From a virus: a stretch of 64,000 nucleotides of DNA. The notes under the pieces are model-generated. The model was not told where the DNA came from, searched no databases, and saw only the letters and a program-made list of their open reading frames with translations. The DNA lies in the IMG/VR virus record IMGVR_UViG_3300037461_001096, positions 1 through 64,000 of that record. One strand, written 5' to 3'. Below are positions 27,372 through 37,986 of this stretch, in pieces. The translations under genes and the position numbers were made by a program. Numbering within the stretch: position 1 is the first letter of the stretch; each line of letters starts with the position of its first letter.

Positions 27372-29057
27372 TTACAATACTGCAAGCCATACAGTTTTAG
27401 GCTCTTCTATGATTTTTTCAAGACCAGCTTGACGCACAAATTCTGACTCTGTCATATGATTCTGTCTAGCTGAGTCCCATACAGTCCGTTTATGGATACG
27501 CTTCCCAGAGTTGATGTCCAAATAATGATATGATAAACTTGTGCTTGGAAGTTGCTTCCAATTCGACGCTTTATATATAGTTCCAGCATCGTCCACTGTA
27601 GTATCAGAGAAACTCAAAATAGCAAGAACATCTTTAAAATCTTGCGCATATGCGTGCAAGAAGCGTCGTAGACAATAGCTGCCCATATTTTTAGTTCTGG
27701 CATTGGGACGTATGCAAAAGCGTCGAAGTTCTTTAAGTTGCTTGGGGCCATAACTGGCCCCAACAGCGTTGTTTACCTTAAGAATTGATTGTGCACGTGT
27801 TACACCGCCAAAAGCACATACAGCCACTAAAGTTTCTTCAAGGTAAGCGCCATAACAACTAGCTATAGTTCCAAGATTTCCAAGATAGTGGAACTGTGTT
27901 AAAAACGCGTGGGCCTCGGAATTTTGTATTTTTTTGAAGTGCAACTTAACAAGTTTCACATCTATTGGCGGTTCACAACAGCCACCAATATGAAAGTCGA
28001 GTACTTTCTTGACACGACCAAGGTTTAACTCATGTTCCCATATCCATACAAGTTTATATCCAGTATGGGTTTCAACCCAACTAGCTTTCGCTCTATCCTT
28101 TGGTAACCCCGAGTATCCATATTGTTTGAAACCATGAAAAAAGTCGCCTTGGCATTCTATGAGTAAGTTAGACTCAGGCACAAAGAAATCAAAACTATAT
28201 GGGCCAAGTATATACTCACGTACAAATTTGACTTTATATGCATTCTGCAATAGTATTTCTATAAGTTGTTCAGTCTTCGGGTTAGACAGCTTTTCACGAA
28301 CTTTTGGGATGTCAAGTGTGTTAATGACTCCATATCTAGTTTCAAGTGTTTTAACTGTTTTTGATCTAATACAGGCTGAGCACGCTATATTTCCTTCTCG
28401 CTGTGCATACTTTGACATAGATATTCGAACTGGGTTCTTACAGTATAAGCAGTCAGCTATAACTTTTTTGGTAGTAAATGGGCTAAGTGAAGCTGGGTCA
28501 TACCCAAACTCAGCCAATGTCGCAGCTGAGTTTACGCCAGAGATGTTAACTCGTGTGCGAAGCCAAAATGCATGACGGTCTTCCTTACGTCCAAGTCTGC
28601 TCCAATGTGAGGCTACGGCGTCACATTTTTTACATGCAGCCGTAGATGTTGGTGTTGTTAAAACGCATAACGATGTTTGATATAAACCCAAACAAAATGT
28701 GCAGTGCGCAACAACAGGTCGGGTTGATCCAGCACTAAGCGATGACAGTTCATAGCCAAAAACAGTTTTCGTTGCCTCTGCGTCTATGCAGTCAGGCAGT
28801 TTTGGACAACGAGCTTCCCGAAAAGCTCGTTTGTCGCCACATGCCCCCGCTCTAGTATATGACGCCGCTATAGAACGACAACGCTTACACGCAGCAGAGT
28901 GCGATCTAGATACAGCCTTCAAAGTCGATTCAAAATTACTTCCACAAAATTCGCATGTAAACACTGCTGGTTTGCGTGAGCCTGGTGTTAATGCTGAAGG
29001 TTTATAACCGAATCGGGAAAGAGTAGCAGCGTCATTTGGTAAACGAGGTGACTGCAT
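27372..29057 (-). CDS. Zn-ribbon repeat + PD-(D/E)xK (DUF559/Vsr-like) nuclease + Mom-like GNAT fusion
   Basis: Three CxxC..CxxC repeats; FDFFVPESNLLIECQGDFFH..WIWEHE; FHYLG, ELRRFC, SFSDTTVDDAGTIYKASNW. Confidence 0.8.
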   Translation of the reverse strand: MQSPRLPNDAATLSRFGYKPSALTPGSRKPAVFTCEFCGSNFESTLKAVSRSHSAACKRCRSIAASYTRAGACGDKRAFREARCPKLPDCIDAEATKTVFGYELSSLSAGSTRPVVAHCTFCLGLYQTSLCVLTTPTSTAACKKCDAVASHWSRLGRKEDRHAFWLRTRVNISGVNSAATLAEFGYDPASLSPFTTKKVIADCLYCKNPVRISMSKYAQREGNIACSACIRSKTVKTLETRYGVINTLDIPKVREKLSNPKTEQLIEILLQNAYKVKFVREYILGPYSFDFFVPESNLLIECQGDFFHGFKQYGYSGLPKDRAKASWVETHTGYKLVWIWEHELNLGRVKKVLDFHIGGCCEPPIDVKLVKLHFKKIQNSEAHAFLTQFHYLGNLGTIASCYGAYLEETLVAVCAFGGVTRAQSILKVNNAVGASYGPKQLKELRRFCIRPNARTKNMGSYCLRRFLHAYAQDFKDVLAILSFSDTTVDDAGTIYKASNWKQLPSTSLSYHYLDINSGKRIHKRTVWDSARQNHMTESEFVRQAGLEKIIEEPKTVWLAVL

Positions 29058-29159
29058 GAAAAATAATACAGCCTACCCAAGTTTAGATCATGGCTCTTTG
29101 GACAGTCACTAGATCAGGGGACGGAAGGACGGGTGTCGTCTCCGGTCTTCAACTTTATC

Positions 29160-32100
29160 CTAGCTAGACACCCGAATTTGAAGACTCGAAAGGATATACT
29201 CGAGCGGGAAGACTGGAACGTAAATCGATTCGGTCCTCATAATCGTTGGATCGTTCGCATCGATACTAGTTAGGATCCCAGCAACCTGAGACACAATTTG
29301 CTGCGAAATCTTATTGCTAAACATCCCTGTAACTGCAGTTTCAGATGATTTGAGCAGTGATCCCGTAAACTTTTGACCGATGAACGGATCGAGAACCAAC
29401 CGCGTTGACTGCTGAATATCTTGAATGACCAGTGTAACAGACGGCGTTCTGGTAATAACGGTGTCCATGCGAGTGGTTAGACCATGACGAATGCGAGTCC
29501 CGGTGTCAACTTGTTCCATAACCGTGACGCCGGATACAGCAATTTGGTTGGCCTCAGTTGGGTCAAGAACGCGCCCAATCCTCTTAAATCCTTGGACTGT
29601 TCGACGGGTCCAAGGAGTTGCAACATCGAACGATGGGTTGCAAGTTGAGCCCGCAACAGCTGCCGCCATAAACGAACCGTCTACAGCTTGGTCGACTGAA
29701 TTTCCCTGGTCATCAACCACTGAAATTACGTAAACATCTGGGTAAACAACAACCATGACTTCGGACAACAACCCCTTTGCAAGGGATTGAACGCCAAGCG
29801 AAGAGGTCCCAGATGCAGGGCCAACGACACCAATGCGTTCGCCTTCTTGGCGAGGAGCGCTCATGAACACGCAATGCTGATTCAGGAATGCAAAAATCTG
29901 TGGATCCGTCGCCAGTGGCGTGACAACGTCAGGCTTTACATTTCCTGTAATCGGTTTGCGTTGTTCATTAATGGCCGTTGTATATGCCGACACAGAAGCT
30001 TGCGAAGAACCAGTATCCCGCAAGACTTGTTTCAATCCAACAAGAACGGCACCGTTTAGCATTGCCAAACGTGCTCCAAGCGACAATGGGTACGAAGGAT
30101 TCGGCGGGCCAAAGTTTGCCTGGATTGCTTTCAAGTCCCGATAAAGGCCAGTCGATAGGTCCGTCTTCATATAATCGTATGAGACGTAATAAACATCACC
30201 GATTTGGGGCTCTGCGCCTGTTCTACTATAGGTAGACAGAGTGGCAGTGCTGCCTAGTCCAACGTTCACAGTGTTGAAGACAGTCGTTTCGACGCCTGGA
30301 ATAGCCTTCCACGGAAGGTTTGCGTCGCAAATGAAGGTAGGATCGACGATCAAAGTGAAGCTACCTCCGTTTGCATAATCACTGACGGTAAGTGGCAAAA
30401 CTGTAAAACGAAGGCCGGTTAGGGCGTCCGTGTACGTTTGGCCAGGAATCCCTGTTCCAGAGGAACCGGCAGAACCAGCGGATGATGTAACGTTAAAGCC
30501 GCTCTTTGCTGCCTCTCCGATATCTCCGCTTGTTCCTGGGACAATGCCAAGGCCAGTATCAGTGATGAATGCTGTGTTCGTGGTACTGGAAAACGACAAA
30601 GTTGACGTTAAACCAGTAGTTAACGAATCGATCTTCAGGTAGGTGCCTAGGCCAGACGCGGTGACAGTCCAAGCAGCAGCAAGTGCAATAAATGAACTGT
30701 CAGCGTTTAGGACCCCCACGATCCTAGACGCCGTGGGTTGACTACGAACAGCCGAAGTGTTGTTGGTGAACCCAAGCTTAACGTTTGCTGTTCCAATCCC
30801 AACAACAACAGACGAAGTGGCGTCGTTAACCTTCGAGAATAGAGTCAATAGACCTTCATTCAGTCCCTGACCGGTCTTTGCAACAATCTCGGAAAGCCCT
30901 AGGCTCACATTGTCCGATGTATCAACAACAAGGTGAACATTTGGTGGGGCGCCAGCAGGTGTGTAAGCAATATGTGCGTTGAACTTAACCTTAAGTTCAT
31001 AAGCCAAAATCAGTAAAGTACGCAGATTTGTAGCGTCTGCAACCGTGACAACATTGGTTACATCCGCAGATCCGTGGACTGGGCTACCACCAACTGTTGC
31101 AATGTGTAGGTTGTACTTCGTTTTGATTTGATTCGCAAGTGTTACTGCTGTTGACAAATCAGTGGCATCTGGAGCTGCTACTGTGTTTGTGACATCAGCG
31201 TTTGTGTGATAAACAACACTTGCCCGGTGGGTGTTATACTTAGTTTTCAGGCTGTTAAGTAAAGCTTCCACGTCAGTCAGAAGAGTTGCTTGATCTGCAG
31301 CGGGGGCTGACCCTGCATACCAGGAGTTGATATAATTCACGACTGCATCTAGTGTGACAGCCGACCCGGACGGAATAGTTGCAGAGTAGCTGACTCCATC
31401 GACACCAAACAAGAATGTGTCATTAACGCCGGCAGTAATAGTGAATGGTTCTGCATTAGAACCAACCATGAAGGCAGGCTGGTTGATGGCGTTCCAAGAG
31501 CCATCAGCAGAACGACCAGGCAACAGACCGAGCTTCGATGAAGCGTCAACTTGTCCAGACCCAGTCGGGGTAAGGACGGTAACATTTGATGAGTATCCAT
31601 TTGTTTGTGTTTTAACGTTTCGACCAGCAACCTTCAGCATGGCCTGCGTTCCGTATGTAACGGTAGAAGCAAGCGCCAAGCTTGTAAATGTTGCCGCCAA
31701 GGCAGAAATCGTGTTCGTTGCGTCGCCAGTTCCACTGTGGATAGCTGGGGCGCCAGTGATATCCACACGATGAGCCTCATACTTCGTGCGGAGATTGTTG
31801 GCTAAAGCAAGAGCGGCTGCCAACCTGGCTGCGGTCGGATCTCCAACAGAGATTGCCGGAGCGGTTAGCACATTCGTCAGGTCGGCAGATCCATGCCATG
31901 TCCCGGCCGCCAAGTGTGCGGAGTACTTCGTGCGCAGGTCGTTTAACAATGTTACAGCGGAGGCCCAGTCAGTAGCAGCAGAAGCAGTGAGAACATTTAC
32001 CGTGTCCGCTGCTAGATGCCACGTTCCGGCTGCCAAGTGACCTGTATATTTCGTACGTAGGTCGTTGGCAAGCGTGACAATGGTAGCAAACCCACTGCTA

Positions 32101-34268
32101 TATGCGAATGTTGCAGATCCGTCAGCATGAGTTTGGACATCGACGTCAATAAAATCATTTATAGCCGTTGCAACGGCGGTCAAAGTGGTAATACCAGTAA
32201 GGGGAACTGGTGAAGCATCTACACCGTCAACCCGAAGTGCGAGATAATCGCTCGAGGCGAATGTCATAGCACCAGGGCTTGAGACTGGGTCACTAAGTAA
32301 TTGAGCCGCGAATCCAGTGCTCAAGTCCACGCTGACTGGACTGCCATCGACGACAACACTTCCGAACGTGTCGGAATATGTGTAAATATCATATGGTCCA
32401 GGACTGCTGTTAGAAAATGACGCATGCGTCGCCGGAAGTAATGAACTGTCAAATGTAACAGTAACAGTCTCCGCGACCGGTGTTCCACCGTAGTGAATAG
32501 CGTCCGGAAGACTTTCAACCCCAGACGGCCACTGAATTGTTTGAGGCAAGTTATTTTTCGCGCCAAAGCGGACCTCGTGTGCGGGATTCCCATTGGACGC
32601 AGCAGTAACAGAGAATTTTCCAATCCCACTTGGGCCCGAGGCTAGGCATGTAAGAACATACTGTTCATCAACGATTGTGTTATACCAGAACGTTGCGTAT
32701 GCATTGTAATCAGCAGGAACTGGGTTCTTCAGTGTTACAAGACCAGTAGCCGATTCCACGGCCATAACAGAAACAGCCGGGCGAGAGTATGCATCTCGGA
32801 ATGTTTTGCCAACATACACTGTCACCAGATCAGGGCGATTGGTTGGTAAGTCTATACGACCATTCGTTATGGTCTGATACAAAGATGTCCCAAGGGGCGT
32901 GTCACGACCGTTTCCAGTCGTTGGGGCAAGAGGGAGCACGAACTTCGTAGTAGATACCGCGTATGTGACTGGGTCGGAATAGCGCGTACACTCTGCGCCA
33001 TATATCCGATTGTCAACTAGTAATCCGTAGACTTGCGTTGAATCGAATGATACACTGCCAGTTTTCGTACCGCTAGCGACCTGGAACGCAGTTCCCCACT
33101 GGATAGTAGACTGATCGCCATTGTTAACAACAACAAAATCCAACCCATTGACGTAGTCACGTCTTCCAGGCGCAACTCCGACGTTCCCAACCGTGATGAC
33201 ATTACTATTCGGTAGGTAGTCAAATGTATCCTGGAATGTATTGAAATAGTATTGAATTGTTACGACAGACCCGGCCTTCGGGGCAAACGGAAGTGTGACA
33301 AGCCTATTTGCTCCGTCAACTGCCGACGCAATGACTTGAACGCCGTTTACCATCACAACAACCTTCGAAGTATCAGTAGTTGTGTAGCCGCCGTCAAGAC
33401 CATCTACGATTGGACCATTGAAAACACGGAATGTAGAACTGCGTCCTGTGTAATCACCCGGATTGAACCCAAGAGCGGTAGACGCGTTTGGGCTATTGGT
33501 TGAAATTCGAAGGTTGCTTTGTGCAGCTAGTTGCACATGATCATATCCCTGAGCATCAGTATGGACAGATGCAGACAATCCAGTAACGGCAGCTGCCGTA
33601 ATATCATTTGCTACCTCAGTTGCAGTGCGGCTTCCGCCGGCAATGGTGACGCTTACGGGGGTTTGATCATCCAAGATCAAATATAAGATGTCATTTGACC
33701 CAGTTGTGATTTGGTAAGGCTCTGCTTGAGGAGCAATAAGAGTCGCCGCACCGTCTGTGACCTGGGATGAAACGTCGTCCGTCGTTCTTGTGTCTTTTCG
33801 ATGAAAATAATAATTAACAGAAACTTGGTCGGTCGGATTGGGGGCTAGGAGCAATGACACAATTCCATTTGTCCCGTCAAGCTGTGAGACCACAACTTGT
33901 TGCCCATTCACAGTTACTGATACTTTCGACGGGTCGAAAGTAACCCTTCCGGCCCCGTTACCGTCTACGACCGGATAGTTTCTTACTCGGAACTTTGTTT
34001 CCGAACCAGTTTGGGAGCCAAGAGTAGGATTAGTGTTAGACCCACTCACAACCCAACGGCCGGAAGCATCTTCCCCAAATATTGGGGTGTCGGCAATACT
34101 ACTTGACCCTCTAATGATCTCAAAGTCAGTTTGAGACAACGCTTCTTTACCAGTTCCAATGAGAACTGGAACACGCAAACCGCCGAGAAGTTGGCCAACA
34201 GAAGGTTCCGAAGTGGTTCGGGTGTAAACGCCCGGAGGCGCGTAGGTACTAAACGGTCCGATGCCCAT
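29160..34268 (-). CDS. Contractile tail sheath protein with large insertions
   Basis: N-terminal YAPPGVYT; C-terminal sheath-like region (GFKRIGRVLDPTEANQIAVSGVTV..IRHGLTT..YVPVFPLEYI); 1702 aa; AAGGAG SD. Confidence 0.85.
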   Translation of the reverse strand: MGIGPFSTYAPPGVYTRTTSEPSVGQLLGGLRVPVLIGTGKEALSQTDFEIIRGSSSIADTPIFGEDASGRWVVSGSNTNPTLGSQTGSETKFRVRNYPVVDGNGAGRVTFDPSKVSVTVNGQQVVVSQLDGTNGIVSLLLAPNPTDQVSVNYYFHRKDTRTTDDVSSQVTDGAATLIAPQAEPYQITTGSNDILYLILDDQTPVSVTIAGGSRTATEVANDITAAAVTGLSASVHTDAQGYDHVQLAAQSNLRISTNSPNASTALGFNPGDYTGRSSTFRVFNGPIVDGLDGGYTTTDTSKVVVMVNGVQVIASAVDGANRLVTLPFAPKAGSVVTIQYYFNTFQDTFDYLPNSNVITVGNVGVAPGRRDYVNGLDFVVVNNGDQSTIQWGTAFQVASGTKTGSVSFDSTQVYGLLVDNRIYGAECTRYSDPVTYAVSTTKFVLPLAPTTGNGRDTPLGTSLYQTITNGRIDLPTNRPDLVTVYVGKTFRDAYSRPAVSVMAVESATGLVTLKNPVPADYNAYATFWYNTIVDEQYVLTCLASGPSGIGKFSVTAASNGNPAHEVRFGAKNNLPQTIQWPSGVESLPDAIHYGGTPVAETVTVTFDSSLLPATHASFSNSSPGPYDIYTYSDTFGSVVVDGSPVSVDLSTGFAAQLLSDPVSSPGAMTFASSDYLALRVDGVDASPVPLTGITTLTAVATAINDFIDVDVQTHADGSATFAYSSGFATIVTLANDLRTKYTGHLAAGTWHLAADTVNVLTASAATDWASAVTLLNDLRTKYSAHLAAGTWHGSADLTNVLTAPAISVGDPTAARLAAALALANNLRTKYEAHRVDITGAPAIHSGTGDATNTISALAATFTSLALASTVTYGTQAMLKVAGRNVKTQTNGYSSNVTVLTPTGSGQVDASSKLGLLPGRSADGSWNAINQPAFMVGSNAEPFTITAGVNDTFLFGVDGVSYSATIPSGSAVTLDAVVNYINSWYAGSAPAADQATLLTDVEALLNSLKTKYNTHRASVVYHTNADVTNTVAAPDATDLSTAVTLANQIKTKYNLHIATVGGSPVHGSADVTNVVTVADATNLRTLLILAYELKVKFNAHIAYTPAGAPPNVHLVVDTSDNVSLGLSEIVAKTGQGLNEGLLTLFSKVNDATSSVVVGIGTANVKLGFTNNTSAVRSQPTASRIVGVLNADSSFIALAAAWTVTASGLGTYLKIDSLTTGLTSTLSFSSTTNTAFITDTGLGIVPGTSGDIGEAAKSGFNVTSSAGSAGSSGTGIPGQTYTDALTGLRFTVLPLTVSDYANGGSFTLIVDPTFICDANLPWKAIPGVETTVFNTVNVGLGSTATLSTYSRTGAEPQIGDVYYVSYDYMKTDLSTGLYRDLKAIQANFGPPNPSYPLSLGARLAMLNGAVLVGLKQVLRDTGSSQASVSAYTTAINEQRKPITGNVKPDVVTPLATDPQIFAFLNQHCVFMSAPRQEGERIGVVGPASGTSSLGVQSLAKGLLSEVMVVVYPDVYVISVVDDQGNSVDQAVDGSFMAAAVAGSTCNPSFDVATPWTRRTVQGFKRIGRVLDPTEANQIAVSGVTVMEQVDTGTRIRHGLTTRMDTVITRTPSVTLVIQDIQQSTRLVLDPFIGQKFTGSLLKSSETAVTGMFSNKISQQIVSQVAGILTSIDANDPTIMRTESIYVPVFPLEYILSSLQIRVSS

Positions 34269-34397
34269 GGCTGCTCCTTAGGAGTGGTGATCTGCGTGTA
34301 AATATGACAACTTGCATGATCTGCGTATCATTCTGAATGTGGCATAAAGGCTTCATTAGAAGCTCTGATTTTATCGTTTCAATAGAATAGAAGGCTA

Positions 34398-36320
34398 TTG
34401 ATGCTGACACCATTACCGAACCAAGATATCCCGTCTAAAGGATCGTCCCGTTTAGTGGACTTTGCATGCTCGTGTGGACAAACTGCTAAGAAACCATGGA
34501 AGGCGTTCATATCAGGACATGTGAATAGTTGCGGAAAATGCAAGGTCGTCAATGCAGATGAATGGCGTCTAGCAAAGTATGGAAAACTCTGCATGCAAAA
34601 TCCCATTGACATCCATGCAAAATCCCACAAACGCGTTGCATGGATATGCGATTGTGGGGCAACGGTTGAATTGCCCGTGGTACAGGTCACATCCGGAAAA
34701 ACATCATCCTGTGGAAAATGCCACCTAGTCTTAGCTTCTGAAGCTGCAAGCATGAAGTTTGGACTCCTACGGCTAAAGCACCCGACGAACCTATCACGTG
34801 GGTCACATGTTAAAACCACTTGGGTTTGTGACTGTGGGAAAGAAACGGTGGCTGAGATCGGGAATGTGGTTCGGGGACTCACAAAATCATGTGGGAAATG
34901 CTCAGTGCTGGCAGCAGATCATTTCAAAAAGGAAAAATATGGAAAATTAAGAATGAAACAGCCTGCGGCTTTCCATCCAGGTTCAGAACAAGAAACCACT
35001 TGGGTTTGCGACTGTGGGAATGAGTTAAACACACGCGTCGGATATGTAGTATCTGGACAAATGAAGTCATGTGGATGGTGTAATGCCGTCAATGCTGAGC
35101 CGACGCCTAAATATGGTAAATTGCGGATGAAGGATCCGGCTAGATTTAAACCGGGGTCTCACGTCAAAATAACTTGGATTTGCGACTGCGGCGGAGAAAT
35201 TGTTGTACCAGTATTTAATGTGACACGAAAACTCACAACAAGCTGTGGTCGATGCCATGAGAGGGCCATGGAGTGGTATACCTCAAATAAGGGAATAATA
35301 AGAGCGCTACGCCCGCCAATATCTTGCGATCAAGTTCCTTCCGGCTTCTTGCGTGTGCTTGAACCAGTTTTAAACACTGAAAAACCTTTCTTGGTGGTAT
35401 GTGGAGCATGTAAGAATGAGTATAAACCGTCATGGGATAACATTAGGAGAGGGCATTCCTTAACATGTGGATGCTGCACGCATCGTATATCTCGTGGTCA
35501 GTCAGAATTGGCTGATTTTATTCGATCCTTGGGTGTAAGCGTTGTAGTAGAACAACGAATTGGGGACTTAACGTATGATATATCGGTGAAGTCCAAAAGT
35601 ATTCTCATTGAATATAACGGACTGAAATGGCACCAAGGTCAAAGTGGACAACGAAGAGATATGATAAAATATCGGAACGCGTTGGCTCATGGGTGGAAAT
35701 TTATTTCAATATTTGAAGACGAGTGGATCTGGCAAAGGCCAAAGATCGAATCCGTCGTCAAACATAAACTAGGGCTTTACAGCCCCATGTCCGTTAGGCC
35801 GTCCCGGTGTAGCATACAGTTAGTGCCAGCCAAAGAGGCTGATGAATTTTACGAAAAACACCATTATATAGGTCGTGCAAAAGCTCCCATTAATTATATA
35901 GTACGTTATAATGATAATCCAGTGGCTTGTATGTCGTTCAGTCACCCAACTAGACAGTCAAAGTATACTTGGGAACTCGTGCGCATGGCTTCTTGTCCAA
36001 ATGTTAGGGTGCACGGAATATGGTCCAAGTTATTCCGTAATTTTGTGGCAACTAAGGAGCCACAATCTGTGGTTAGCTTTTCCGACAACCGTCTATTTGA
36101 TGGGGGTGTTTATGAACGCCTCGGGTTTAAATTAGACGGAGAGATTCCAGCGGATTATTATTGGTGCAAGGGACAGCGGCGCTGGCATAAAAGCGGACTT
36201 AGAAAGACCCCTGAAGAACGTGAAAGCGGTTTGACAGAGTTTGAGCTTCGTACAGGGCAGGGGTACTTCCGCGTATGGGACGTCGGGAAAAAGAGGTGGG
36301 TGTGGACTTGTCCAGGTTAA
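34398..36320 (+). CDS. Zn-ribbon repeat + PD-(D/E)xK nuclease + GNAT-like (Hef-type) fusion
   Basis: Repeated WxCDCG..SCGKC units; YDI..LIEYNGLKWH..IFEDEW; HHYIG, WELVRM, SFSDNRLFDGGVY, WDVGKKRWVW. Confidence 0.8.
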   Translation: MMLTPLPNQDIPSKGSSRLVDFACSCGQTAKKPWKAFISGHVNSCGKCKVVNADEWRLAKYGKLCMQNPIDIHAKSHKRVAWICDCGATVELPVVQVTSGKTSSCGKCHLVLASEAASMKFGLLRLKHPTNLSRGSHVKTTWVCDCGKETVAEIGNVVRGLTKSCGKCSVLAADHFKKEKYGKLRMKQPAAFHPGSEQETTWVCDCGNELNTRVGYVVSGQMKSCGWCNAVNAEPTPKYGKLRMKDPARFKPGSHVKITWICDCGGEIVVPVFNVTRKLTTSCGRCHERAMEWYTSNKGIIRALRPPISCDQVPSGFLRVLEPVLNTEKPFLVVCGACKNEYKPSWDNIRRGHSLTCGCCTHRISRGQSELADFIRSLGVSVVVEQRIGDLTYDISVKSKSILIEYNGLKWHQGQSGQRRDMIKYRNALAHGWKFISIFEDEWIWQRPKIESVVKHKLGLYSPMSVRPSRCSIQLVPAKEADEFYEKHHYIGRAKAPINYIVRYNDNPVACMSFSHPTRQSKYTWELVRMASCPNVRVHGIWSKLFRNFVATKEPQSVVSFSDNRLFDGGVYERLGFKLDGEIPADYYWCKGQRRWHKSGLRKTPEERESGLTEFELRTGQGYFRVWDVGKKRWVWTCPG

Positions 36321-36420
36321 GTCCTTGTGCACCAAGCAAAATGCTTCCTTATTTCAATTTGTTAGATGGAGTAATAACCGTCTAATTCTAGACTTGAATG
36401 AAAATTATTATGCGGGGAGC

Positions 36421-36837
36421 TTAATCATTAGGTTTAGATTTTCTTGCAGCATTGAAAGCCTGAATTGACTGCTCCCGAAGTTTTAGTCTCTCAGGAGAAG
36501 TTGGAACCACATTGTCTCCAACTTGTGTGACGGCGTGCTGCCCGGACTCCCGACGAATTTTGTCACGTTTCTCCTTTTTTTCATGGAAGTTCTTCCACTT
36601 TTCAGCCGAAGATCTCCCAACAGCCTTATCTAATGTAGGATAGTCTAAATCGTGAGAACCGGACTGACCTGGCGTTCCAGTGAATTGAAAATTTGTTGAT
36701 GACAAAACGCGCCTAGCGATGGCGTCGCATGACTTACATGGGTAAGCATGTCGATAAAGCTCAGCTTCCTTGAGGCTTATAAACACCTCTTCAAACATCG
36801 ATTCACAAGCGTCGCATATATATTCATAAGTAGGAAT
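36421..36837 (-). CDS. FmdB-family zinc-ribbon protein (ATT start)
   Basis: AAGGAG-7nt-ATT CCT ACT TAT GAA TAT gives (M)PTYEYICDAC..CKSC, the FmdB-type N-terminus. Confidence 0.75.
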   Translation of the reverse strand: MPTYEYICDACESMFEEVFISLKEAELYRHAYPCKSCDAIARRVLSSTNFQFTGTPGQSGSHDLDYPTLDKAVGRSSAEKWKNFHEKKEKRDKIRRESGQHAVTQVGDNVVPTSPERLKLREQSIQAFNAARKSKPND

Positions 36838-36853
36838 GGTCGGGCTCCTTGTA

Positions 36854-36877
36854 ATGTGACATTGACAAATGTCACAT
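36854..36877. promoter_or_regulatory. Palindromic operator-like site between divergent genes
   Basis: ATGTGACATT-GACA-AATGTCACAT; contains TTGACA. Confidence 0.45.
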
Positions 36878-36921
36878 GTTGTTAAATCAATTGTAACTAT
36901 ACTTAATAGGAAGTTTGAGAT

Positions 36922-37473
36922 ATGATTGGTATCAATTTTAAACTGAAGTTAACACTTTTTACATGCATCATTGCCTTTATGGCAAATTCAACCGGACGTT
37001 TAGAATCGACTGAACAACCTAGACTGGCTAAATATTCCAAACTAACTAGATATCCTAAACAAGTCTTTTGGTTGGCAGTAAATGGTGCAAACAGTATTGA
37101 ATTTGTTGAAATCCTAAAAGCTGCGAAGTCTTGGGAACAGGCGACGAATGGGATTATTTCATTACCAGTCTACCTAGGGAAGTCAAAAATATCGGAGTCA
37201 ACAGTATCTATACAAATGATAGACGATATTCCTAACGATGTCAATGCTGACACATGTGCAGACATTGATACTGCCACATATAGGCACATTAGAGTCTTCA
37301 GGTCTAGGTCTAAAGATTATCTATCCTGTTTTGTAGCACACGAAATTGGACATGTACTACGGAACAGTCCAACACACGATAAAACTGGGCTTATGTCAAG
37401 TTATGTAGAAAGTTGTGATATAAGCCCAGAACTCGCGAAGCAAGTAATGACACTTACCAACGCTAGTCTTTAG
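36922..37473 (+). CDS. Matrixin-like zinc metalloprotease, paralog of 10079..10570
   Basis: N-terminal hydrophobic segment; DTATYRHIRVFR; HEIGHVLRNSPTHDKTGLM. Confidence 0.75.
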   Translation: MIGINFKLKLTLFTCIIAFMANSTGRLESTEQPRLAKYSKLTRYPKQVFWLAVNGANSIEFVEILKAAKSWEQATNGIISLPVYLGKSKISESTVSIQMIDDIPNDVNADTCADIDTATYRHIRVFRSRSKDYLSCFVAHEIGHVLRNSPTHDKTGLMSSYVESCDISPELAKQVMTLTNASL

Positions 37474-37530
37474 CTCACACGAAAAACCAAATAATCCAAT
37501 TTTAGAATCGATCTATTTCGTCATTACTAC

Positions 37531-37833
37531 TCAGTCCTTTAGCATCCTTGTCATCTCTCTCAGTCCATCAATTGTTGCTGTTTTCATGCACCACATCCAA
37601 CCCTGAACAAAACCGAGCCATCGTGCGGCTTTTTGTTGATCATCCATTGACCGAATCTGTTCAAGCATCCATAACACGTGTTCTACTTCTTCCTTTATAG
37701 AGCCAGTGAATCGTGGTTCTTGTAGCAGATATGATTGCATTTGCTTGGCGCAGAGATCACGTTTCCCGTCCCTGAGTGTACTGAACCGCTCCCTAATTAC
37801 AGTGTCCATTGCGTCCGCTAGCCTAGTATTCAT
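37531..37833 (-). CDS. Phage hypothetical protein
   Basis: KAARWLGFVQG segment; start placed at MNTRL after AAGGA. Confidence 0.65.
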   Translation of the reverse strand: MNTRLADAMDTVIRERFSTLRDGKRDLCAKQMQSYLLQEPRFTGSIKEEVEHVLWMLEQIRSMDDQQKAARWLGFVQGWMWCMKTATIDGLREMTRMLKD

Positions 37834-37986
37834 GGTGTTATCCTTAAAAATCTGGGGTCTCTTACGATGCGCACTAACCACATAATAGTTACATTTACAT
37901 TAGTGTCGGAGTTTCTTTTCTTAGAAAAACGAAAATGATCAAACCATAATTATATCTTAATTAAACGAACTCTTCGTTATTGTCTA

